DNA of 64,000 nucleotides from Octopus sinensis (GCF_006345805.1 NC_043013.1:55242001-55306000); one strand, 5' to 3'; shown: positions 26,931 through 39,709, counted from the first letter of the stretch. Notes: generated by a model not told the origin, from the sequence alone. Numbers and translations: made by a program.

Positions 26931-29900
26931 ATTGTCTGTATGTGTATGCTTTGTTTGAAAGAATGAGTAGAAGACAAATTATGAATGGCAAACAGTAATA
27001 GAAATATAGTCAACTCTGATTAGAGAGGATGTCGACTACCAAGTGACCTGTCATTATACAAACAAAATACCGAATTACAGTAAACACAATTCTTTAAGTG
27101 GTAGGAATAGTTGTATGTGTGTGTGTGTGTGTATGTGTGTGTGTGTGTGTGTGTAACTGTGAGTTATCTAATACACATATCAATGAAAAAAGCCTCTTTC
27201 CATATTATACAAAGTTTATCTGACATTAGAAAGACAAAACTAATGATGGGAAAAAATGTCCACAGCACTCTTTAAATGATGGCTTGCTACTTTAATGTTT
27301 TTATGCAGACAACCAGGAGAACTGACTCGGTAGATCAACTCTTGAGGATATAGTTTACATTTGGAAGACAGTCAGGGAGTGATTTGAGGTAAAGTTGGCT
27401 GCTGTTTCTTGTAGTATTATTACAGAATGTGTGTGTGAAAGAAAGAATAATTAATAGACAAAGTGAGAAAGACAAGTAGAGTTCAGTCAACAAGGGATAT
27501 TATATAAGGAGGGAAAATTAAATAAAATAAAAGACAAGGAAAAAAAATAGTCTGTGAAGAAAGAAAATCTAAACAGGAAGTTGACTGTTACCAAAGTATT
27601 GAATGGTGAATTAGATCAAAGATTAGAGAAGAATTAGCAGCCGGCACGGACAATATATCATTCTTTGATCATTGGTTGAGAAATAAATAGTGATAAACTT
27701 AAGAATATTGTCTGATTGATAGATGAATGTTAGGTTTCGATTGTTCAAAGGATACATGGAAGAGAATTGAGACTTTGGCATTTTACATTTGAAGATAAAA
27801 TTGGCTTAGCAACATAAATGTATATAGAAATATATACAAAGGCATATGTACACATGGGTTAACATTAGTTTATGAACATACAGGGGGCATTGGTAATACA
27901 GAGGAAATGTGTGTATACATGAGCTAAAGGAAATAATAGGCACAAACATGCATACATACCTACATACATACATACAGAGCTAACTATATACATACATATA
28001 TGCATACATTCATAAATACCTACCTACATACATTCATACATATATACATGCAAACATACATGCATACTTATGGTGTATACATACATAAATACATACATAT
28101 ATAGATACATACATAAATACATACATGCATACACACATACATGCATACATATATACAAGCATACATACATATATACACACATGCATACATACATACATAC
28201 ATACATACATACATGCATACATACATACAAGTTCCTTCCTTGCAGGAATACTTGAAATAATTAAAATATAAGAGTACATATATACAAGTTAAAATTGACT
28301 TATATAAATACACATCTATATACATATATACACTAAGATGTGATAATATTGGCTTAAGAACATAATTGCATACAGAATCAGACACACAAAAACGTTTGTA
28401 CACACATGTTAAAATTGGTGTATAAATATAAGCTTACACAGAAATATACACAAAACTGTGTGTACATACGTGTGCTAACATTGGTTTCTGAAAATAAACA
28501 CACACAAAAATATAGACAAAACTGTCTGTATACATATATTTCGGAACATAGATGTATAGAGAAATAGAGAGAAAAAGTGTGTGCACACAAACACACACAC
28601 ATGCATACGTACTCACATGTGGTTACACACACAGACAAATCAATAACAAAGATATTTGTAAGAACTATAATGAATGGAAGAATGACATGTAAACAATTAG
28701 GATAGACAGTAGAGCAATTTAGAGAAATCAGAGCTGGCCATTTGAAAGTCATACATTGATACGTTAACAATGTAATATCTGTCTAACATATCAAAAGGTT
28801 GTGAAAAGCTCACTACATTAAGTAAAAGTAGATTAACCCAATCATGACTAAATAATCTCAATGTTACACGACAAAAGTAAAAAAAAATATATAAAACAAA
28901 GCATTCGATTTAATCTTGGTTTGTGTGCACAAGGCGTGGCTGTGTGGTAAAGATGTTTTCTTTGTTACTAAATAGCTTTGTGTTCAACACTCCTCTGTGT
29001 GTTTGTATGTGTGTGTTCACTTTGGGTAAGTGTCTTTTTTATCATAGCTTCAAAGTTGTCAATGCCGTGTCAGTATAAGTCAGGAGATACAAACTCGGTG
29101 GGAGCTGACATAGCACCATCATGTCCTTGCCCTTGGGTACAATTAATAGAATCCATCATGTTATGAACATGTGTGCCAGGACTCCCCGTCTAAGCATAAC
29201 ATTCTCCATTTCACTAATCTCAGAACACCAAACAGAGCGGTAAGCAATGATGTCATTCTCATTTACCAATTCAACAAATCATCAACCGGCTTTGAAGACA
29301 CATGGAATAAGATGACCCTTAATTGAAAAACAAGTAACATCCAGCTGTAAAACCATACTCTAATGATATATTTGCTTAATCCATACCAGTATGGAAAGAG
29401 ACAAGAGAGCTATAAAAGTGAAGGAAGCAAATGAAGAAAAGCTGAGCTTCAAGAAAACAAAGTCAATAAACTCCATTTTCATTCCCAGTTGTCAGCATTT
29501 CGCTTCATTTTTGTTGAGAAGAAATTTATTTGACTCAATTTTCCTTCCAATATTTGAAACCTACCTTACATGAATGATAGCAGTTTTATAGCGCTATAGC
29601 TCTACTTTCCTACCTCACTCCCAAAATATGATAAATTCACCATTTTGTATTTCAAAACTATAAAGAATGTGAGTAATATATTTATTTAATTAAAAATGCT
29701 TGGATTTTAGTGTTTGCTGGAATATGCTTAGCTTCAATAGAAGATGCCTATCATACAATCTCCCAAATAAAGTATTCTCTGAATGTCTCCAAGTGCCATT
29801 TTTCAGAACACACACACATTCACATATATACACACACACACACATACACAATTGGGAAAGAATTGAATTTAGAGTTTCCATTTCTGTTAGAGATTCTCAA

Positions 29901-30021
29901 TCTCTTAACCAGAATATCATATGAAGAAATATGGCACCTGCAATCAATTACAGGTGCAGTAGAGTGAAATATAGCAGTTATAGACATTACAGGTATGCAC
30001 CCATGTTGTATACATATGGTA

Positions 30022-30141
<120 letters not shown>

Positions 30142-30408
30142 TGCATGTGTTTATAGTATATTTATATAGATAGAATATGTATAGATATGGCTTATATGCT
30201 GACACAGCATATATAGGGAATAACGTATAAATATAAAGCATTTAGATATAGTATATTCAAAGTATATATAGACGTATATATATGCTAAGATAGACTAAGT
30301 ATATATGCTATGGACTTAGCATATATGAATGTAATATTTGAAGATATAACATGTAGATGTAGCATATAGAAATATAATTTATCTAATGATAGATGCATAG
30401 GTGTAGAG

Positions 30409-30447
<39 letters not shown>

Positions 30448-30637
30448 TCATCATCATCATCATCATCATCGTTTAACGTCCGTTCTCCATGCTAGCATGG
30501 GTTGGACGGTTTGACCGGGGATCTGGGAAGCCAGAAGGCTGCACCAGATCCCCGGTATATATACGAGTTGTTGTGCACCTCAGCACTATACACAATAATT
30601 TCATTATATATATATATATATATAATATTCATGCAAT

Positions 30638-30805
30638 CAAAATAAGCAACAGGATATGAGGTAGTAATGCAGAACAACCGTTTCAAGCAGCACCTTTTAA
30701 TTGAACAATGCAATCATTTTATTCACCTTACTTCGAGCTGCACGGATGATACGAGACTGAGTTGGTGCTCCAACTTAGGTACTTAATTCAACTGAATCTT
30801 AATTA
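30638..30805. mobile_element. Internally deleted copy of the hammerhead-bearing Penelope-like end seen at 42058-42430
   Basis: Starts AATCAAAATAAGCAACAGGATAT, keeps the 3' half of the hammerhead on - (GAAACGGTTGTTCTGCAT), then jumps to ATTTTATTCACCTTAC...GTTGGTGCTCCAACTTAGGTACTTAATTC, homologous to 42345-42430. Confidence 0.7.
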
Positions 30806-30907
30806 TATATATGTATATATATATATATAATTCCTGGGACTGCCACATTAAGTTGACAACAAACCATCTCTTTATTATATATATATATATATATATATAC
30901 ATATGAA

Positions 30908-31168
30908 AGTGTACGTATTTATACACAAAAGAGGTGACCTTTAACAAAACACCTTACATGCTGGAAAGGGCAGTTAAAGCCCAAACCACAAATAGGAGTA
31001 ATTTCAAAGGGAATGGAAAATAAAAACATTTATAGTAATTATAAAAATGTTTTCATTTTTCATCCGCTTTGAAATGACTCTTATTCATGATTTGGGCTTT
31101 AACTGCCCTTTCCAGCATGTAGGGTGTTCTGTTAAAGGTCACCTCTTTTGTGTATAAATACGTACACT
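30908..31168. mobile_element. Fold-back MITE-like element, 261 bp
   Basis: AGTGTACGTATTTATACACAAAAGAGGTGACCTTTAAC...CATGCTGGAAAGGGCAGTTAAAGCCCAAA is mirrored to 31168 with few mismatches, and pairing continues imperfectly almost to the centre. Confidence 0.85.
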
Positions 31169-31286
31169 ATTTTATGAAAATATGTTGTCTATTGACTCTA
31201 TTATGCATGCTGACCAGTTGTAGGAAAATTTCTCTAAATTTTTTACCCTTATTATTTTTGCAGTATATATATATATATATATGTAT

Positions 31287-31336
<50 letters not shown>

Positions 31337-31353
31337 TAGAGAGAGAGAGAGAG

Positions 31354-31393
<40 letters not shown>

Positions 31394-32624
31394 AGAGAGA
31401 GAGTAGAGAGAGAGAGAGAGTAGAGAGAGAGAGAGAGAGAGAGAGTAGAGAGAGAGAGAGAGAGAAAGACATGTCATATATAGATATCATTTATGTTGAC
31501 ATAGTGCATATATAAATGTTCAGTGTGTCTGGATAGAATTATATCAACATTGGAAAAGTTTGAGGTTAAATTTACTTTAGAAAAATCTCATTTCTAATAG
31601 AGATGACTGGAGACCATCAACATAATTGTTTGATATGCTAGAAATAGCAGTTATTTGAAGTAGCCAAATCTTCCTCAAATCACACTTCGCCTAAGAAATG
31701 AAGAGTCATTGGATAATATAGTACTAGATGCAGTATGTTTAAAAATACAGGTGTGACAGCCACTGCTGGAATACCTTTGGCCATAATCATATCTGACCAA
31801 GGATCTAGACATCATTAACAGCAACAACAACATACCTCAAATAAAGAAATATATGATCGGTAATGTGTGAGAGAGTAATAATTCTCCTCACAGCAGGAAC
31901 CATGAGTCACTGACCAAATCGTCTTCAAAGAATTTAAACGGAATTTGCTGTTAGTCTCCTTCGAAATGCAATCTATTGATGAAGCAACTCAATTCCAAGA
32001 CCTGTAAACCTGAAAGCTTTCACAGAACCATGACTGATGTAGAAACTTTTTCCAAAGATCATTGATTTAAAGAATTTTGTAGCCTTAAAAGTGCAAAGGA
32101 AATCAGCAATACCCCTAATGGCATTAACAGTTTTTGAAGAATGGGAATTGAATTTTGGGATTCGGTTTTCTAAATATAGCCTGATAGCAAGGCATTTTGT
32201 CATAACAAGTCAATTGAATCCTCAAACTGGCTACGATTCTCAATTTAGAATGACGATTTGTAATTAAATAGGCAAATGCTGAGAAGGAAACTTCACATAT
32301 ATATATATATATATATATATATAGCATAATTTGGAAGATAACTTTTGATTGTGTATGAATAAATTTTAGTGAAATGAAATAAAAGACATAGTTTACTTGT
32401 AAGCGTACTGCAAAATCTAATCTAATAACAACAATAATCACATATAACTTATATATATATATATATATACATATATACATACATACATATAAACATATAT
32501 ATGCATATATATATATATATATACATACATATATATATACATATATATACATATACATATATATATATACATACATACATATATACATATATATGCATAT
32601 ATATATATATATACATATAATAAA

Positions 32625-33108
32625 TATTAGGGAATAAATCCAAATTTACAGGGAAAAAATCAGATTTAGGATTAAATCCAATTTTATAGTAAAATATTAT
32701 ATAATATTATTAGAGACAAAACCACTATTTTGCAAAACAAACAAGGAAAGACTTAATCAATACATAAAATTTTAATAAAAAGTCAAAAAAACCGCCACTA
32801 CAATTGTTTCTTGTCTTGATCGACAATCTTCAGGTGGACTTCCAATCTAAAATATCAATATTTTAAAATATAAAAATAATAATTTTAAAATAATTAAAGT
32901 ATTAATGAAAAAATATAAATATATAATCTATTTATAACCTATATATAATCCATATATAATCAATATATAAACAGTATATAAACTAAAATAAACCTATCAA
33001 CAATTAAATATAAAATATAAAATATAAAATATAAAATTTTATGTATTGATTAAGTCTTTCCTTGTTTGTTTTGCAAAATAGTGGTTTTGTCTCTAATAAT
33101 ATTATATA
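32625..33108 (-). mobile_element. Penelope-like element terminus: hammerhead plus perfect 77-bp inverted repeat, within (TA)n
   Basis: Arms 32698-32774 and 33032-33108 are exact reverse complements. A hammerhead lies on - at 32795-32837. No RT/GIY-YIG coding sequence is present, so the PLE assignment rests on architecture. Confidence 0.6.
32795..32837 (-). ncRNA. Type I hammerhead ribozyme motif
   Basis: Minus strand: CCAC-CUGAAGA-UUGUC-gaucaa-GACAA-GAAAC-AAUU-GUA-GUGG. Helix I 4 bp, helix II 5 bp, helix III ACAAUUGU fully palindromic, cleavage triplet GUA. Confidence 0.8.
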
Positions 33109-33182
33109 TATACATATATATATACATATATATATACATACATATATACATACATATATATGTATATATATATATACACATG

Positions 33183-33216
<34 letters not shown>

Positions 33217-33217
<1 letters not shown>

Positions 33218-33530
33218 GTGGAGGCGCAATGGCCCAGTGGTTAGGGCAGTGGACTTGCGGTTGCAGGATTGTGGTTTTGATTCCCAGACCGGGCATTGTG
33301 AGTGTTTACTCAGGGAAAACACTAAAGCTCCACGAGGCTCCGACAGGGGGCGGTGCTGATTCCTGCTGAACTCTTTCACCACAACTTTCTCTCACTCTTT
33401 CTTCTGTTGGCCTGCTCACTTAGCCAGTGGGGTGGCGTCATTTGAAGGCTAAAACAATGTGAAGGGCATTGTGACCAGTGATATGTAATAACATCTGATA
33501 GCCTGGTTGGTCACGTGATGACATGATATA
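33217..33530 (+). mobile_element. tRNA-derived SINE (family C)
   Basis: Head TGGCCCAGTGGTTAGGGCAG (A box) and GGTTTTGATTCC (decayed B box). Its 3' part (GCATTGTGACCAGTGATATGTAATAACATCTGATAGCCTGG) recurs degenerately at about 61435-61490. Confidence 0.7.
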
Positions 33531-33538
33531 TACATATA

Positions 33539-35248
33539 TGGGATAAAGAGAGTCTGCCGAACGTTGACTCAACAGAGGGACCAGCTATCAGGGTTGATAG
33601 TTCCTTGGTAGTTAAGGCAATTAGAAGCATGAAGACAGAGAAATCCCCAGGCCCATCAGGTATCACTGCAGAGATGCTCAAAATATCTGGTAGTGTCGGC
33701 TATAGCCTAGTCACCCATATAGTTAACCAGGTGATACATAAAGGAGTCATACCCAATGACTGGTGTAGCAGCATAATAGTCAACTGCTACAAAGGTAAAG
33801 GTGATGCCCTAGATACAAATAATTACAGAGGTATCAAGCCGTTGGATCAGGTGATGAAGGTTACAGAGAGGGTCATAAGCCAACTAATTAGAGAGAGAGT
33901 TAGTTTAGATGAGATGCAGTTTGGGTTCGTGCCAGGGAAAAGTACCACTGATGCTATATTCCTGGTAAGGCAGCTGCAGGAGAAATACCTAGCCAAAGAT
34001 AAGCCCCTGTACCTGGCTTTTGTTGACATGGAGAAAGCCTTCGACAGTGTCCCCCGATCCCTCATCTGGTGGTCAATGAGGAAACTAGGAATAGATGAAT
34101 GGTTAGTGAGAGCTGTGCGAGCCATGTACAGGGACGCTGCTAGTAAGGTGAGGGTTGGCAACGAGTACAGTGAAGAATTCCGGGTAGAGGTAGGGGTCCA
34201 CCAAGGCTCAGTCCTCAGCCCCCTCCTATTTATCATAGTCCTCCAGGCAATAACGGAGGAATTCAAGACAGGATGCCCCTGGGAGCGCCTCTATGCTGAT
34301 GACCTTGCTCTAATTGCTGAGTCACTATCAGAACTGGAGAAGAAGTTTCAGGTGTGGAAGCAAGGTTTAGAATCGAAGGGCCTTAGAGTCAACCTAGCTA
34401 AAACCAAAGTCGTAATAAGTAGGAGGGTAGACAAATCACAAACGCCTTCAGGTAGATGGCCCTGCTCGATCTGTAGAAAAGGTGTAGGTAGAAACTCTAT
34501 AAGATGCACCAAGTGTAAGCTATGGACACATGAGAGGTGCAGCCATGTCATAGGAAGGCTAACTAGGAAGATGGTTTTTGTATGTGGCAGATGCTCGGGA
34601 GCATTAACCTCTGAAAATCTGCAGAAAACAACTTCCATCACTTTCCAGGGGGAAAAACTAGAAGTAGTTGATAGCTTCCGTTATTTTGGTGACCAAGTCA
34701 GTAGTGGGGGTGGGTGTGCTGAAGGTGTAACGGCTAGAGTAAGAATAGCATGGGCAAAGTTCAGGGAGCTCTTACCTCTGCTGGTGACTAAAGGCCTCTC
34801 GCTCAGAGTTAAAGGCAGACTGTATGATGCATGTGTACGAACAGCCATGCTACATGGCAGTGAAACATGGGCCGTGACTGCTGAGGACATGCGTAAGCTC
34901 GCAAGAAATGAAGCCAGTATGCTCCGATGGATGTGTAATGTCAGTGTGCATGCTCGATAGAGCGTTAGTACCCTGAGAGAAATGTTGTACCTAAGGAGCA
35001 TCAGTTGTGGTGTGCAAGAGAGACGATTGCGCTGGTATGGTCATGTGGCGAGAATGGATGAAGATAGGTGTGTGAAAAAGTGCCAATCCCTAACAGTGGA
35101 GGTAACCCGTGGAAGAGGTAGACCCAAGAAAACTTGGGACGAGGTGGTGAAGCACGACCTTCGAACTTTAGGTCTCACTGAGGAAATGACCAGCGACCAA
35201 GACCTTTGGAAATATGCTGTGCGTGAATAGACCCGGCAGGACAAGTGA
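33539..35248 (+). pseudogene. RTE reverse transcriptase ORF, two in-frame stops and no frameshift
   Basis: TAG at 34958-34960 (the paralogous copy at 46.5 kb reads HAQQSV, i.e. CAG) and TAG at 35228-35230. The frame otherwise continues to TGA at 35246-35248. Confidence 0.9.
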
Positions 35249-35459
35249 GTCCAGCCCACTTATGCATGCCTTTCCTCCCTTGAACACAAAGACCTGTTGA
35301 GGCAAGCGAAGTCGATATCGAACCTCATCCGACGACAGGCACCTATGCCTACCCCCCTTTGCTTGCAAAGACCTGTTGGGGCAAGTGAAATCGGAATCGA
35401 AATTGAACCAATCCTATGACTAGCACCCGGCAGACGCCAGGACCCCTGGACTGGAGATA

Positions 35460-35740
35460 CGTAAAAAGCACTATCCGAATTGTGGCCGATGCCAGCGCGG
35501 CCTCGACTGGCTTCCGTGTCGGTGGCACGTAAAAAGCACTATCCGAATCGTGGCCGATGCCAGCGCGGCCTCGACTGGCTTCCGTGTCGGTGGCACGTAA
35601 AAAGCACCATCCGAATCGTGGCCGAAGCCAGTGTCACCTCGACTGGCTTCCATGCAGGTGGCACGTAAAATGCAACAATCCGACCGTGGCCGATGCTAGC
35701 CTCGCCTGGCACCAGTGCAGGTGGCATGTAAAAAGCACCC
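35460..35740 (+). repeat. 68-bp tandem array in the RTE 3' UTR (4 units plus a shortened fifth)
   Basis: Unit starts CGTAAAAAGCAC at 35460, 35528, 35596 and 35664 (exact 68-bp period) and 35727. The first two units are near-identical. Confidence 0.95.
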
Positions 35741-35967
35741 ACTACACTCACGGAATGGTTGGCATTAGGAAGGGCATCCAGCTGTAGAAACATTGCCAGA
35801 TAAGACCGGAGCCTGGTGCAGCCTTCTGGCTTCCCAGATCCCCGGTCGAACCATCCAACCCATGCTAGCATGGAAAACGGACGTTAAACGATGATGATGA
35901 TGATGATGATGATGATACATATATATATATATATACACACACACAGAAATACACACACACGCACACA

Positions 35968-36005
<38 letters not shown>

Positions 36006-36065
36006 ATTAACAAAAGGAGATAAAAAATCCAAAGCTGTGAAAGATTTCAAAACATTTACAAAGAG

Positions 36066-36113
36066 GTCTTACAGCTGTTTCCAGGATATTTTATATATCC
36101 CTTCATCAGAGAC
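36066..36113 (-). ncRNA. Type I hammerhead ribozyme motif in a short repeat (about 36005-36250)
   Basis: Minus strand: GUCU-CUGAUGA-A-GGGAUAU-auaaa-AUAUCCU-G-GAAAC-AGCU-GUA-AGAC. Helix III ACAGCUGU palindromic, triplet GUA, A/G mismatch at the base of helix II. Confidence 0.75.
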
Positions 36114-36295
36114 GCTGTGAGAAAATGGTTAAGCAATAGTTATTCTAGAGAAGATATGAAATATAGAGTGAAGTGGAGGAATGAAAACAAACATGAGATA
36201 TGCAGGGATATTGTATCTGCAGATCCATTATTCAAGCAGAATGGTATACATACATATATATATATAGATATAGATATAGGGATGTTATTATCTAC

Positions 36296-36430
36296 ATATA
36301 TACACAAGGGCACTACATGAGCACCTGATGTCACTAAAAATTAACTTGTGACTATATGGTGGCACAGAAATATTTTTAACTTCTATTTTTAACGATGTTA
36401 GGTGCTCATGTTGTGCCCTTGTGTATATAT
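36296..36430. mobile_element. Small hairpin MITE-like element
   Basis: ATATATACACAAGGGCACTACATGAGCACCTGATGTC pairs with GATGTTAGGTGCTCATGTTGTGCCCTTGTGTATATAT. Confidence 0.7.
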
Positions 36431-36479
36431 TGCATATTTAATATTGTATGCATATATTTTATATCTGTCTTTCTATCTA

Positions 36480-36530
<51 letters not shown>

Positions 36531-36771
36531 GAGTGTGTGTGTGTCTGTGTGTATGTGTTTGTGCGTGTGTAAGTATATTAAATCAGGTGTGACATAAATA
36601 TGGAAAAGTTTAATTAAAATTTGCAATTAACCTTGTGATTATTATCATCAATATTTTTCTGCTAATTTTTGTGATCCATTCTAGCATGGGTTAGAAAAAT
36701 CTGTTACATGACATCCTTATCTGCATGCTTACTCCATAGTATTTCATGTATTATTCACATTTATTTGCTAG

Positions 36772-37296
36772 CAGGGTACAAAGAGCACCATACGAGCGTG
36801 ATCATTGACAGTGCAGCTAACCGGCTTCCGTGCCAGTGGCACTTAAAAGGCACCATTCGAGCATGATCGTTACCAGTGTCACCTTACTGGCACTTGTGCC
36901 CGTGCTAGTAGGGTGCCAAGAGCACCATCCAAGCGTGATCGTTGCCAGAGCAGCCAACTGGCTTCTGTGCCAGTGGCACATAAAAGGGCACCATTCGAGC
37001 GTGATCGTTACCAAAGTCGCCTTACTGGCACCTGTGCTGGTGGCATGTGTAAAAGGATTTGTGCAAGGTTGCTGCCAGTACCGCCTGACTGGCCCCATGC
37101 TGGTGGCATGTAAAAAGCACCCACTACACTCTCAGAGTGGTTGGCGTTAGGAAGGGCATCTAGCTGTAGAAACTCTGCCAAATCAAGACTGGAGCCTGGT
37201 GCAGCCATCTGGTTTGCCAGTCCTCAGTCAAAATCGACCAACCCATGCCAGCATGGAAAGCGGACGTTAAACGATGATGATGATGATGATGATGAT
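36772..37296 (+). mobile_element. RTE 3'-UTR-only insertion with a diverged 60-73 bp array and (GAT)n tail
   Basis: Five to six units starting AAGAGCACCAT / AAAAGGCACCAT, then the same tail as 35740-35915. Confidence 0.85.
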
Positions 37297-37701
37297 TTAC
37301 ATCAATCTAGATCAATTAACACCGAAGTTAGCTACCCAGATAACCATCTGCATAAAAAATAATATTTAGGTTAATACTAACAAATTTGATGAAGTTTATA
37401 CTTTCCCTAATGAAGTCTAATTACACTGGAACAAATTCATAGTTGTCTCCCATATGTGGTAAAATAAGTGATAGTAATATTTTTCAGTATGCTAATGTTG
37501 TCTTTTCTTCACTTCATGATTATTTTCAACAAAATTTTTGATATTCATTAATTGTAAAAACATGGCATCAAAGGAACACATCTTTTTCAATAGCTTCATG
37601 TTAATCAGTACCTCATTTGTAAAAATTTAGTACTTGGAAACTGTACAGAAGCTTACCATATACATGTGTGTGTAAGAGAATAAGAGAATAAGAGAGAGGG
37701 A

Positions 37702-37736
<35 letters not shown>

Positions 37737-38322
37737 TGTGAGCGTATTTGCTTCAGTGGTGTTCACATTGATAATGCATGCATCAAAGTGTGTTTGTTTA
37801 CATCTATAAACAATGCACCCCATGACCCCATGATTGCATGCCAAGATCAGTGAAACACTAATTCCTTGTGTGATAAAAGAATAAGGGTCGGTGAAAGGGA
37901 GGGCATCCAGCCATAGAATACTACCCCAGTAAGTCTAACCTCTGCCCTTGTTAGCAAGATGTAAAAATGACGATGATGATGATGATGATGATGATATTAG
38001 ATACACGAATACTAATTTGAGTATAGATCATTTTTGGCTTGCCTCTAACACTGGTAATTTCCATTATAAACTTAAAGCAATTTCCCAGCAAGAATAAATC
38101 ATAGATTTAATACTAGTACATCAATATCTTTTAAATATATTGATTGGAGGCTTTCATGCCTCATCTCCCTCACCTGAGCTCAACTTTTCTTGCATGATAA
38201 CACTGTACGTCCCAAATTCAATATTCATTTCGATCTTTTCAAATCACTGCTGATGTAATTCATCTCTTGTCCCTATTTCACATTTCTCATGCAGCACCTG
38301 CCATGTACTCAACATGTATGGT

Positions 38323-38374
<52 letters not shown>

Positions 38375-39267
38375 CTGGGAGAAAGTATAGAAGAGATGGT
38401 GGGAGTTTATGTGGATGGGGAGTGAGAGAGTGTTAGAAAGAGAAAGGGGTGGAAAGGAAGGGAGAAAGACAGAGAGGAAGACAAAGAGAAAAAGAATTTC
38501 TCAATAAAAGTTATATTCTAACTTATCTCTTTCCCCTGTGATATTGACTATTTAATTAGCATATCAACATAATTAGAGAAACCATTACATCTATAACTAA
38601 TCATACTCCCAAGCTGGAGCAAATATGAAATGTTTAATATTGTATTCCTGAAGATTTTTATTCCATGAGTGATGTTTCAGGCTTTTGTAGCATTCAGTCC
38701 ACAATTGATTTGGCGAATTTAGTGGAAATAATTTCATTTCAGTAAAGGCTTCCATACTTTTATTATTCGGACATCACAGATACTTGTTGGTTGTTGTTTC
38801 TTTTTTATCCATTTGCTGATAACAGATATTTTTTTTTTCTTACAAATTGTTTTCAAACATAAATATATTTATATACCTGTACGCATGCAAGTACATGAGC
38901 ACACACACACAAAGTTACCTTTCTGCCATTTGTAAAACGAAATATATACATCATCATCATCAACATCATCATTTTCATTTGAATGTCCATTTTTTTGCAT
39001 GCTTGCAGGAGGCAGACAAAACTCTTTGGGTTAAATACTCTATGGTCAGATGCTTATCCTGTCACTAACCCCAACCAATTTTCAAACAAGATAATATTTC
39101 ACATCATTTCCCCACATCCTTTCAGCACAGACAGCTAGACATGTTTTCACAGAAAACTGCAAGCAAATGGTGCCACTTGAATGATAATTACACACACACA
39201 CATTTATTTACCCTTTTATTTCTTTGATGAAGCTGGTTTTGAAAACTGACCTATTGAGAAACTATCA

Positions 39268-39318
<51 letters not shown>

Positions 39319-39349
39319 GAGGGGGAGAGAAAGAGAGAGACAGAGAGGA

Positions 39350-39580
39350 GTGTTCTGAGGTCATTCAGCAGCCTGAGGACACTGGACCTTGCAAAGGAGA
39401 GGACAAAGGACCAAGGTGTGTGGTGCCTTGCTGTGCTCAATAAGACTAATCCGCCAAAGCAGGAGTGTTAATGCCACCCACCTCCTTGCCAAAGAGGTTT
39501 GGCCAACAGGAGCCCTGTGCCAGTGCCGCATAAAAGTACTCATGCAGCTGCTGCATTAAAGCACATACATAATGGGAAGC
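39350..39580 (+). mobile_element. RTE C-terminus/3' UTR remnant
   Basis: Reads SLRTLDLAKEE (cf. DLRTLGLTEEM) followed by UTR-like GTGCCAGTGCCGCATAAAAGTAC. Confidence 0.5.
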
Positions 39581-39709
39581 ATCTGGTCACTGCATTCCAG
39601 TCAAAACTTGCTGCTATATTATACAGAATATCTGCATCTTTTGAGACACTCATGTTGCAAATAGCCGCCAGGCTTGTTAAGAATTATATATACATATATA
39701 TATACATAC

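Larger units (their letters stand above)
33539..35915 (+). mobile_element. 5'-truncated RTE-clade LINE with RT, 3' UTR tandem array and (GAT)n tail
   Basis: Frame open from 33539 (WDKESLPNVDSTEGPAIRV...). RT motifs YRGI, QFGFVPGKSTTDA, AFVDMEKAFD, GVHQGSVLSPLLF, LYADDL and the RTE-typical end RLRWYGHVARM..RGRGRPKKTWDEVV. No endonuclease domain (truncated). Tail GGACGTTAAAC(GAT)n. Possible low-complexity TSD TACATATAT (33531 / 35916). Confidence 0.95.

Noticed and set aside
31860-32280. Stretch with coding-like composition (ORF 31973..32203 and + strand frames)
   Set aside because: All frames are interrupted, no motif is recognised, and there is no consistent splice pair.
35460-35740. CRISPR-like regular periodicity of the 68-bp array
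   Set aside because: Whole units repeat with no unique spacers. It sits in a eukaryotic LINE 3' UTR and there are no cas genes.
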